Made by a program: the position numbers and the translations under genes. The notes beneath the pieces are model-generated. The model saw only the letters and a program-made list of their open reading frames with translations, searched no databases and was not told where the DNA came from. Source: Capsulimonadaceae bacterium (GTDB lineage: Bacteria; Armatimonadota; Armatimonadia; Armatimonadales; Capsulimonadaceae). Taken from it: a stretch of 64,000 nucleotides of DNA. The stretch lies in contig OZ244065.1 in NCBI GenBank assembly GCA_965215505.1, positions 4,320,001 through 4,384,000 on the forward strand, given 5' to 3'. This document shows, one piece after another, positions 29,593 to 37,918 of this stretch; position 1 is the first letter of the stretch; each line of letters starts with the position of its first letter.

Positions 29593-30258
29593 ATGCCTGA
29601 CTTCTCGGGCGCGTTCTGGTTCTACGCGCAAGAGGCTCTGCAAACATGGGGCGGTCGTAGCGTCTCCGTTGAAGTCCGCGAGGTGGGCACACTCACTCTG
29701 ACCTCGGGCAAGATCGTTGCCTGTGATGGCCTGATTCCGAGCGACGAGCCGTTCACGCAAACAGTCACCCCTGGCTCCTACCCTGTCGTCTTGTGCCTGG
29801 TCAGCGGCGACAAAGGGTGGCCCATCATTGCCTGTGCCATGCTGCGCTTCAAAGACGAGATGCCGCGCACCTGGAAACTTGCGACGGTCGCCGGTCAGAG
29901 CGAGGTTCCTGACCGGAAGGGTGAGATTGTCGGCTATGGAGTAGACACCGGGGACGGATGCTTCGCTGACCTTGACGCGATGCGGGAGTTGATAAGTCTC
30001 CAGGAGCCATATGAGCGGTTCAGAGACGCGGTGACTAAGTCTCGCTCAGACTGGTTTGACTATAACCTGGACGTTGAACCGCCCACCAACATCATCACCT
30101 TTTCGTCCGGCGAGGGGGACGGGACTTATCCTTCTTATTTCGGCTACGACGCAGATGGCGATGCCCTTTGCCTTGCGACTGACTTTGGCATCATTGCGCC
30201 CCTGCCGGAGACACACACAGAAGCGCCGAGCAAGTATCAACTGAGGCTCGACCTTTGA
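29593..30258 (+). CDS. DUF4241 domain protein
   Basis: LTLTSGKIVACD..PGSYPV..YGVDTGDGCFAD..FSSGEGDGTYPSYFGYDADG..LATDF. Confidence 0.8.
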   Translation: MPDFSGAFWFYAQEALQTWGGRSVSVEVREVGTLTLTSGKIVACDGLIPSDEPFTQTVTPGSYPVVLCLVSGDKGWPIIACAMLRFKDEMPRTWKLATVAGQSEVPDRKGEIVGYGVDTGDGCFADLDAMRELISLQEPYERFRDAVTKSRSDWFDYNLDVEPPTNIITFSSGEGDGTYPSYFGYDADGDALCLATDFGIIAPLPETHTEAPSKYQLRLDL

Positions 30259-30836
30259 CGGTAATACGGAACATAGTCCTCATCGGCTTCATGGGAACGG
30301 GCAAAAGCGCTGTGGGCCGCGTCCTCGCCCGGCGGACGGGCTGGCATCACCTGGACACCGACGCCGAGATCGAAAGGGCGGCGGGCCGGACCATCCCGGA
30401 GATATTCACCGAAGAAGGCGAACCCGCCTTTCGCGCCCGCGAGGCCCTTCTCCTCTCCTCTCTGGCTCCCCCAGAATTAGGTTTTAGTGGGGTGGGGGCG
30501 GGGGGGGCCTCTCTCATCCTCTCCACCGGCGGCGGGACGCCCCTGCGCCCCGAGAACGCCGCCTTGCTGAAACGGATCGGCACCGTCGTCTGGCTCCAGG
30601 TCGCGCCCCCGGCCATCCTCGCCCGCGTCCAGCGCAGCCTGCACGAGCGGCCCCTGCTGGCCGGGCATCGGGACAATCCCTTGGGGCGCATCGAGGCCCT
30701 CCTTGCCGACCGCGCGCCGCGTTATGCCGCCCTGGCCGACTACACCCTGGACACCTCGGACTGCGCGAACTCGGAAGAAGCCGCCGACCGGCTGGGACGC
30801 CTGCTCGCACCCGATTTTGACACATCTCCCTCATGA
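30255..30836 (+). CDS. aroK: shikimate kinase
   Basis: IVLIGFMGTGKS, DTDAEIE, IFTEEGEPAFRARE, STGGG, RPLL. Confidence 0.95.
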   Translation: MTVIRNIVLIGFMGTGKSAVGRVLARRTGWHHLDTDAEIERAAGRTIPEIFTEEGEPAFRAREALLLSSLAPPELGFSGVGAGGASLILSTGGGTPLRPENAALLKRIGTVVWLQVAPPAILARVQRSLHERPLLAGHRDNPLGRIEALLADRAPRYAALADYTLDTSDCANSEEAADRLGRLLAPDFDTSPS

Positions 30837-31963
30837 CAAATACCACACAGACCGTCCGCGTCAGCCTCAGCGACCGCTCCTATGACATCCTGGTCGGGCG
30901 CGGCCTGCTTGCCCGTCTAGGAGAGGAAACCGCCGCCCGCGTGGCGGGCGGCAAGGCGGCGGGCCGGTCGGCCTTCATCCTCAGCAGCGCGGCCATCGCT
31001 AACCGCTACGGCGCGTCCGCCCGCGAAAGCCTGGAAGCGGCGGGGTTCCGGGTCCACACCGCCCTCATCCCCGCCGGGGAGCGGGCCAAGACATTGGCCT
31101 CGGTCAGTCGCCTGTACGCCGCCCTGTATGACCAGGCCGCCGACCGGCGCACCGTCGTCGTCGCATTGGGCGGGGGCGTCATCGGCGACATGGCGGGCTT
31201 CGTCGCCGCCACCTACACGCGCGGTCTGGACTTCGTGCAGGTGCCGACCACCCTGCTCGCCCAGGTGGACAGCAGCGTCGGCGGCAAGACCGGCGTGAAC
31301 TTCGGGTCGGCCCAGAACTCGGCCAAGAACCTGATCGGCGCGTTCCACCAGCCCCGCCTCGTCATTATTGACCCGGACACGCTGGGCACCCTTCCTCTCC
31401 GGGAACGGCGCTCCGGCCTCGCCGAAGTCATCAAATATGGTATAATAGGCGACAAAGATTTCTTTACGCTCCTGGAGCGCGAGTCGGCGGGCCTGCTCGA
31501 CCTCTCTTCGCCCCACCTGGAACACGTCCTGGCCCACTCCTGCGCGCTCAAAGCCCGCGTCGTGGAGCAGGACGAACACGAGGGCGGCCTGCGCGCCATC
31601 CTGAACTTCGGCCACACCGTCGGCCACGCCCTGGAGTCGCTGACGCGCTACCGGGTCTACACGCACGGCGAGGCCATCGCATTAGGCATGGTCTCAGCTT
31701 CGCTGATCGGCGAGGAAGTCGGCGTGACCAAGCCGGACGATACCGCTGCCCTGACCGCCCTCCTGCGCGCCTCGGGCTTCGCCGTCCGCCTGGACCCGGC
31801 GCATTCGGTGGACGAGATCACGCGGCTCCTGGCCTGGGACAAGAAGAGCGTCGGCGGGTCGGCCCGCTTCGTGCTGATGGAGGAGATCGGGCGGGCGACG
31901 CTCGGCCACCGGGTCCCCGAATCCGCCATCCGCCGGGCACTGGAGCGGCAGCGAAGTTTGTAG
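30833..31963 (+). CDS. aroB: 3-dehydroquinate synthase
   Basis: ALGGGVIGDMAGFVAATY.RG, PTTLLAQVDSSVGGKTG, KNLIGAFHQP, LNFGHTVGHALE, HGEA. Confidence 0.98.
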   Translation: MTNTTQTVRVSLSDRSYDILVGRGLLARLGEETAARVAGGKAAGRSAFILSSAAIANRYGASARESLEAAGFRVHTALIPAGERAKTLASVSRLYAALYDQAADRRTVVVALGGGVIGDMAGFVAATYTRGLDFVQVPTTLLAQVDSSVGGKTGVNFGSAQNSAKNLIGAFHQPRLVIIDPDTLGTLPLRERRSGLAEVIKYGIIGDKDFFTLLERESAGLLDLSSPHLEHVLAHSCALKARVVEQDEHEGGLRAILNFGHTVGHALESLTRYRVYTHGEAIALGMVSASLIGEEVGVTKPDDTAALTALLRASGFAVRLDPAHSVDEITRLLAWDKKSVGGSARFVLMEEIGRATLGHRVPESAIRRALERQRSL

Positions 31964-31993
31964 GGGTGACGTGGCGGGGAAAAGGACGCACCC

Positions 31994-32144
31994 GGACGAG
32001 TGAATGAATTCACTCGCTGAGGGGGACCTGTCCAGGGGACAGAAGACAAGAATAGGAACGAAAGGCAGGCACGCAATTTTATCCCGTTCCGTTGTCCCCT
32101 GGACAAATCTGTTGTCAGCGAGTGAATTCATTCACTCGTCCTAC
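31994..32144. repeat. REPIN-like inverted REP pair
   Basis: Perfect 27-bp IR GGACGAGTGAATGAATTCACTCGCTGA (31994-32020 / 32115-32141) plus inner 13-bp IR TGTCCAGGGGACA; right copy reads GTAG-GACGAG on the minus strand. Confidence 0.8.
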
Positions 32145-32170
32145 GCACCACCGCGACGACCTGCAACCAG

Positions 32171-32458
32171 ATGACCAAAAAGCCGCCGCTCTGGGCCGAC
32201 CTGTTGCTGACCTTTTGGGTGATCGTCGTCGCCGTCTTCTACTTCGGCGGCTACTTCCTGCCCGCACAGATCGGCATCTACACGCCGCTCGGGGCCGTAT
32301 TCTATGCCCTGATGCTGCTGGTCGCGGCGGGGACGCTGGCCTGGAACTATCTGCACCGGGCCGACGCGAAAAGTAAAAACACGAGAAGCGCCGCGAACCG
32401 AGACGGCGCAAAAAATGGCAAAACGAACCGACACAAAGGACACGCGCACGAAGATTAG
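32171..32458 (+). CDS. small two-TM membrane protein
   Basis: Two hydrophobic helices followed by a basic tail. Confidence 0.6.
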   Translation: MTKKPPLWADLLLTFWVIVVAVFYFGGYFLPAQIGIYTPLGAVFYALMLLVAAGTLAWNYLHRADAKSKNTRSAANRDGAKNGKTNRHKGHAHED

Positions 32459-32474
32459 AAAGAACCAGATCTCG

Positions 32475-33158
32475 ATGCGAATGCGAACGATTTTGACACT
32501 CGCGGCCCTCGCGCCGCTCTTCCTGGCGCGGGCCGGGGCCGCCGCGGCCACCTATCAGGCCGACGGCGTGGTGCTGCACCAGTGTTCCTGCGCCTATGCC
32601 TGCCCGTGCATGTTCGAGAACGGCCCCGACAACTGCGCCCTGGCCGCCGTCTACCATCTGGACAAGGCCGCCTTCGGCGGCGTGGACGTCAGCGGCCTCT
32701 CGATGATCTCGATCGACGGGGCCGTGGACGCCCATAAGGGCGCGGCCTGCTGCGCGCCGAGAAACACGGCGCAAACTGCGAAAACGAACGTGCCCGCAGG
32801 CGTCGTCTACCTTGATGCCCGTGCGACCCCAGCCCAAAGGTCCGCCCTGCTCGCCCTGCTGCAAGCCCACGGCGAATGGCCCGGCGCGGGCCGGCCCGTC
32901 AGGAGCGTGCCGATCCGGTTCACCAAGACCGCGCGCGGCTACAAGACGGTCGTGCCCGGCCTCTTCGAAGGCGAGACGGAGGCTGTCAAAAGCCGCAACG
33001 GGTCGGCCATTCTGGTGGACGGCGTCGGCTTCGTCGAGGGTCCCCGCTGGACCGTCGGCCGCAGCCTCACCAACGACCTGCACGACCCGGCCCTGGGCCT
33101 GAAATGGCACCTGCCGGATACGAACGGCTCGTGGTCGCTGTTCCACTGGGCCTCGTAG
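32475..33158 (+). CDS. DUF1326-like secreted Cys-rich protein
   Basis: Signal peptide; CSCAYACPC..C, GGVDVSGL, YLDARATPAQRSAL. Confidence 0.75.
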   Translation: MRMRTILTLAALAPLFLARAGAAAATYQADGVVLHQCSCAYACPCMFENGPDNCALAAVYHLDKAAFGGVDVSGLSMISIDGAVDAHKGAACCAPRNTAQTAKTNVPAGVVYLDARATPAQRSALLALLQAHGEWPGAGRPVRSVPIRFTKTARGYKTVVPGLFEGETEAVKSRNGSAILVDGVGFVEGPRWTVGRSLTNDLHDPALGLKWHLPDTNGSWSLFHWAS

Positions 33159-33185
33159 CCCGGTCCTCCGAGGAGTATTACTTTC

Positions 33186-35399
33186 TTGTCTGTCCAGGTG
33201 AGCGATCCGCGCTATGAGATACTAGAGAACGCCGCCGGCCCCGAGACGCCGCCGTACCAGTTCGCTAAGGCCCGCGACCGGGAGGAGGGGCGCGTCGTCG
33301 TCCTGCAAATGGTGCCCGCGCCCGTCTTCGACCGGGACGCCCGCGCGAGGCAGGAGTTCCAGGCCGCCGTGCGCGAGGCCCAGACCCTCGACCACCCCGG
33401 CATCCTGCGCGTCTTCGGGCAGGGGGTGGCCGAGGGCGGCGACCTGTATGTCGTCCGCGAGCTTCTGCGCGGCATCACGCTCCAGGAGCGCATCCGGCGC
33501 ATCGCCCCTTTCACCCTCGCCGTCGCCGCCGACATCGCCCAGGCCGTCGCCGAGGCCCTCGTCGCCGCCCACCGGGACGGGGTCGCCCACGGCGACCTGC
33601 GGCCCGCCCACGTCCTCCTCAGCCCCGAGGGCCAGATCAAGACCGCCGACTTCGCCTATGGGGCCGTCGTCGCCGCCCGCGCCGACGCATCGGGCCGCAC
33701 GGCCTACCTCGCGCCCGAGCTGACCGGGGGTGCCTCCTCCTGCGCCGGCGACCTCTACGCCCTGGGCGCGATCCTCTACGAGATGCTGACCGGCGTGCCA
33801 CCGCTCGCCGGCACGACCCGCGTCTCCTCCCCCCGTGACGTCAACCCCGGCGTCCCCCAGGCCCTCGACGGCCTTGTGCGGAAGGCTTTGGCCGCCGACC
33901 CGAACGCCCGCTACCGGTCGGCGAGTTCCCTGCTGTCCGACTTGCAGGCCATTCGGGACGCCCTGCGGACCGGCAAGTCGCTGGCCTGGTCGCCCCAGGC
34001 GGAGAAGCCCGGCGACCGGGCCGGGGAGCCGAAGGCCGAAAAGAAGCCCGAGAAGCGCGCCCCCCGCCCGCCCGCCGCCGAAGTCCCGCCGCTCGTCCCG
34101 CGCGAGGAAGCCGCCGCCGTGGCCCCCGCCCCCGTCGGGGCCATCTCCGCCGCCGCGCTCGACCTGGAAGAAGAGGCGCGGGGGGAAGAGGCATGGGAAG
34201 AAGAAACACGACAGGAAAAAAGAAAAGGGGACAAAAGACAACCCATGCGGGAACGACGCGAGCGTGAACCCTCCTCCGCCCTGGGCCGACTGACGGCGGC
34301 CGTGATCGTCCTCTTCGTCCTCGCCATCATCGGCCTGTCCCTCTACTTCGTCAAAGAGTTCGCCGCCGTGCCCGACGACATCCAGGTCCCCAACCTGATC
34401 GGCAAGACCTTTGATGACGCCAAGCGCACGGCGAGCCAGCAGCACTTCACCCTCGTCGAGAGCCAGGCCAGCGACTACAGCGACTCCATGCCGGAGAACC
34501 AGATCTACCGGCAGGACCCGCCCCCCGGCCGCACCATCAAGGCCGAAAAGGAAGTCACCGTCTACCGCAGCCTCGGCCCGCGCCTCCTGACCATCCCTCC
34601 GCTCGTCGGCACGACCCAGGACTACGCCACCCACGCCCTCCAGAACGCCAGTCTGCCCCAGGGGGACATCGCCCAGGAATACAGCGAGCGCGTCGCCGCC
34701 GGCATCGTCACCCGCCAGTCGCCCGAGGCGGGCAGCAAGGTCGCCCGCAATACGGCCGTCAACTTCACCGTCTCCCGAGGCAAACAGCCGCCGGACGCGC
34801 CCGCCGCCGCCGCCGGGGACCCGAACGGGCCGGACAAGGCGGACCTGCACTGGCACGCCGCCGCCCGCGCCGAGTCCTACACCGTCGTGCGCTCCCTCGA
34901 CGGCGACACCAAGACGGTCGCCCGCGGCCTGACCGACACCCACTTCACCGACACCGACCTCAAGCCCGACACGACCTACGCCTACACGGTCAGCGCCGTC
35001 AACGCGGCGGGCCCGTCCGGGCCGAGCGACTCGGTCCTGGTGACCACCCAGGCCAAGCCCGACGTGCCGCTCGTCATGCCCCCGGACGCGGTCGTGACGC
35101 CCGCCCCGGACGCCGGGACGACGCCGGACGCCGGCGGGTCCGCCGTGGTCGGGGGCGACCCCGCCGCACCGAAGACGGGCCGCCTGCGCCAGTTCACCGT
35201 CGAGTTCCGGGTCCCGCGCCGCCCGCGCCACACCCAGAACGTCCAGATAGACCTCCAGGACGTCACCGGGACGAACCTGGTCTATGACGAGAACCAGGAG
35301 CCGGGCGAGAAGATCAGCGTCCCGCTCCAGGGCTTCGGCAACCGGGTCAAGTTCAGCATCCTGATCAACGGGAAACTCGTCAAGCAGCAGACGCTGTAA
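33186..35399 (+). CDS. PASTA-domain Ser/Thr kinase-like protein (PknB/Stk1-type, probable pseudokinase) with FN3 domain
   Basis: HPGILRVF, HGDLRP, YLAPE, DLYALGAILYEMLTG; TM; two PASTA repeats (VPNLIGK, IPPLVG); FN3 (FTDTDLKPDTTYAYTVSAVNAAG). Confidence 0.85.
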   Translation: MSVQVSDPRYEILENAAGPETPPYQFAKARDREEGRVVVLQMVPAPVFDRDARARQEFQAAVREAQTLDHPGILRVFGQGVAEGGDLYVVRELLRGITLQERIRRIAPFTLAVAADIAQAVAEALVAAHRDGVAHGDLRPAHVLLSPEGQIKTADFAYGAVVAARADASGRTAYLAPELTGGASSCAGDLYALGAILYEMLTGVPPLAGTTRVSSPRDVNPGVPQALDGLVRKALAADPNARYRSASSLLSDLQAIRDALRTGKSLAWSPQAEKPGDRAGEPKAEKKPEKRAPRPPAAEVPPLVPREEAAAVAPAPVGAISAAALDLEEEARGEEAWEEETRQEKRKGDKRQPMRERREREPSSALGRLTAAVIVLFVLAIIGLSLYFVKEFAAVPDDIQVPNLIGKTFDDAKRTASQQHFTLVESQASDYSDSMPENQIYRQDPPPGRTIKAEKEVTVYRSLGPRLLTIPPLVGTTQDYATHALQNASLPQGDIAQEYSERVAAGIVTRQSPEAGSKVARNTAVNFTVSRGKQPPDAPAAAAGDPNGPDKADLHWHAAARAESYTVVRSLDGDTKTVARGLTDTHFTDTDLKPDTTYAYTVSAVNAAGPSGPSDSVLVTTQAKPDVPLVMPPDAVVTPAPDAGTTPDAGGSAVVGGDPAAPKTGRLRQFTVEFRVPRRPRHTQNVQIDLQDVTGTNLVYDENQEPGEKISVPLQGFGNRVKFSILINGKLVKQQTL

Positions 35400-35423
35400 G
35401 GGCGCGACTCGTCGCGCCCCTAC
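35398..35423. repeat. GTAG-type REP (minus orientation)
   Basis: GGGCGCGACTCGTCGCGCCCCTAC. Confidence 0.65.
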
Positions 35424-35450
35424 GCGGGCGGCACAACCACGGGGAATGTT

Positions 35451-36149
35451 ATGCCCATCAAGATCGCGCCGTCCATCCTGTCCGCCGACTTTGGCGCTTT
35501 CGCCGAGGCCGTCGAGGAGTTGACGGCGGCCCAGGCCGACTACATCCACATTGACGTTATGGATGGCCATTTCGTGCCGGTCATCACCTTCGGTGCCCAG
35601 CTCGTGCGCGCCCTGCGCCCCGTCACGGCCGTGCCCTTCGACACGCACCTGATGATCGAGCATCCCGAGCAGTACGTCGCCGAGTTTGCCAAGGCCGGCT
35701 CCAACATCGTCACCATCCACCCGGAGACGACCTTCCACCTCAACCGCGTCCTGCACCAGATCAAGGACGCCGGGGCCAAGGCGGGCGTCGCCCTGAACCC
35801 CGCCACCCCCGTCAGCGCCCTCGAATGGGTGCTGGGCGACCTGGACCGCGTCCTGGTGATGACCGTCAACCCCGGCTTCGGCGGGCAGGCCTTCCTGCCC
35901 GAGATGCTGCAAAAGATCCGCGCCCTGTCCGAGCTGCGGGCCGCCCACGGCCTCCGCTTCGAGATCGGCGTGGACGGCGGCGTCAACCCCGACACCGCCC
36001 CGCTCGCCGCCCGCGCCGGGGCCGACACCCTGATCGCCGGCAGCGCCGTGTTCCACCACCCCGAAGGGCTGGCCGACGCCGTCGCCGAGCTGCGCCGGCT
36101 GGCGACCGAGGCCGCCGCGCCCGCCCCCGTCCGGAACGGGGGCCGCTGA
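35451..36149 (+). CDS. rpe: ribulose-phosphate 3-epimerase
   Basis: IAPSILSADF, HIDVMDGHFVP, DTHLM, MTVNPGFGGQ, VDGG. Confidence 0.98.
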   Translation: MPIKIAPSILSADFGAFAEAVEELTAAQADYIHIDVMDGHFVPVITFGAQLVRALRPVTAVPFDTHLMIEHPEQYVAEFAKAGSNIVTIHPETTFHLNRVLHQIKDAGAKAGVALNPATPVSALEWVLGDLDRVLVMTVNPGFGGQAFLPEMLQKIRALSELRAAHGLRFEIGVDGGVNPDTAPLAARAGADTLIAGSAVFHHPEGLADAVAELRRLATEAAAPAPVRNGGR

Positions 36150-36150
36150 G

Positions 36151-36567
36151 ATGGCCCTCCGCGCCGCCCTCGCCCTCGCCCTGCTCGCCGCCGCCGGCTT
36201 CGGCGTCTGGGAAGTGCGCCGCTGGTTCACGCCCGAGGGCCGCGACTCGATCTCGCACAAGCAGCGGCTCCTGCGGCTCTGGGGCCTGTTCTTCCTGCTT
36301 TCCGTCCTGGGCCTGTGGCTGGGCGGGACCTTCCTGCCCACCCCGCACACGCCCAAGGCGCTCATCGGCTGGGTGCAGTACTGGATGCTGACCGTCTCCG
36401 CCTCCCTGCCCCTGATCCCCCTGGCCCTGCTGGACCGGCGCGAGAACCTGCGGCACCTGGCCGAGTCCAGCCGCCAGCTCGCCGCGCTCCGCCAGTCGCT
36501 CATCCAGGATGCCCTCGCCGCCCGCGCCGGGGGGGACGCCGGAGCGCCCCCAGACACGCCCGCCTGA
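36151..36567 (+). CDS. hypothetical membrane protein
   Basis: Three hydrophobic segments; starts 1 nt after the rpe stop. Confidence 0.7.
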   Translation: MALRAALALALLAAAGFGVWEVRRWFTPEGRDSISHKQRLLRLWGLFFLLSVLGLWLGGTFLPTPHTPKALIGWVQYWMLTVSASLPLIPLALLDRRENLRHLAESSRQLAALRQSLIQDALAARAGGDAGAPPDTPA

Positions 36568-36644
36568 CCCAGACACGCCCGCCCAACCGGCGGGCGTTTG
36601 CTTTACCATAACCGTTTTTGTCATAACCGTTCAAGGAGCTACGC

Positions 36645-37763
36645 ATGCACAAAGAACTGACCGCCCGTGCCGCCGCACGCCTTAAATCCGTCGCCGGGGG
36701 GGCCGCCGCCAAGACCGTCACTGTCGGCCTCGACGCCTTCGTGGACGAGATCATCCGCGTCGTGGACCGGCGCGCGTCCGACACCGAGTTCACCACCATC
36801 GAGCAGATCAGCGAGCTTGGCACCCGCATCATCGGCGCGGCGGGACAGAGTACCAACCTGGAGCTTGTCGTCGAGCGCGTCAAGCTCGGCGGCAATGGAC
36901 CCATCATGGCGAACGCCCTGGCCGCGCTCGGCCCGCAGGTGACCTGCCTCGGGCCGCTGGGCGAGGGCCAGGTCCACCCGGCCTTCGCCGAGATGGCCGA
37001 GCGCGCCACCTTGATCTCGCTCGGCGCTCCCGGCCACACCGATGCCCTGGAGTTTGAAGACGGCAAGGTCATGCTCGGCAAGCTGGAGCCGCTGAATGAT
37101 GTCACCTGGGCGCGCGTCACGGAGCGGGCGGGGGAGGGCGGCCCGGCCCGGCTGTTCGCCCAGGCCGACCTCGTCGCCCTGGTGAACTGGACCATGATCC
37201 CCGCCATGTCCGCGATCTGGGAGGACCTGCTGGCCCTGCTCGCCGCCCAGCCCGTCGCCCCCCGCCGCTTCTTCTTCGACCTGGCCGACCCCGAGAAGCA
37301 CAACGACGCCAAGGTCGCCGCCGCCTGCCGCCTGCTGTCCCGGTTCCAGGAGTTCGGCCCCACCATCCTCGGCCTGAACGAGAAGGAGGCCTTCCGCGTC
37401 GGCGCGGCCCTGGGCTACGAGGGCGGCCACCATGGGCGGACCGAAGTCCGCGCCGTCACCGCCTTCGTCAGCGCCAAACTGCCCGTCGAGGCCGTCGTCG
37501 TCCACCCCCGCGCCTACGCCGTCGTCGGCGCGCACGGCGAGATCACCGCCGACGTGGACGGCCCGTTCATTGAGAACCCCGTCATCTCCACCGGCGCGGG
37601 CGACCACTTCAACGCCGGCTTCTCCCTCGGCAAGCTGCTCGGCCTTGCCGACGACGAGGCCGCCACCGCCGCAGTAGGCACGTCCGGCTACTACGTCCGC
37701 CACGCCGCCAGCCCGACGCTGGCGCAGCTCGCGGAGTTCTTGGAGAGTCAGGCGGCGGGTTAG
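36645..37763 (+). CDS. PfkB/ribokinase-family carbohydrate kinase-like protein
   Basis: KLGGNG, LNEKE, STGAGDHFNAGF; AAGGAG RBS. Confidence 0.8.
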   Translation: MHKELTARAAARLKSVAGGAAAKTVTVGLDAFVDEIIRVVDRRASDTEFTTIEQISELGTRIIGAAGQSTNLELVVERVKLGGNGPIMANALAALGPQVTCLGPLGEGQVHPAFAEMAERATLISLGAPGHTDALEFEDGKVMLGKLEPLNDVTWARVTERAGEGGPARLFAQADLVALVNWTMIPAMSAIWEDLLALLAAQPVAPRRFFFDLADPEKHNDAKVAAACRLLSRFQEFGPTILGLNEKEAFRVGAALGYEGGHHGRTEVRAVTAFVSAKLPVEAVVVHPRAYAVVGAHGEITADVDGPFIENPVISTGAGDHFNAGFSLGKLLGLADDEAATAAVGTSGYYVRHAASPTLAQLAEFLESQAAG

Positions 37764-37918
37764 GGAGAACGCCATGGGCCAGAGATAACGCTTGAAAATG
37801 TGCTGTGGATGGAGAAACGCTCCCAGAGGCGTGAGGTGAGCAAGCTCGCTCGGCAATATGGACAGTTCTTGCTGTATAATATGGTAGCCCTCTATGTGCC
37901 TCAAGATTCGGGAGCAAC

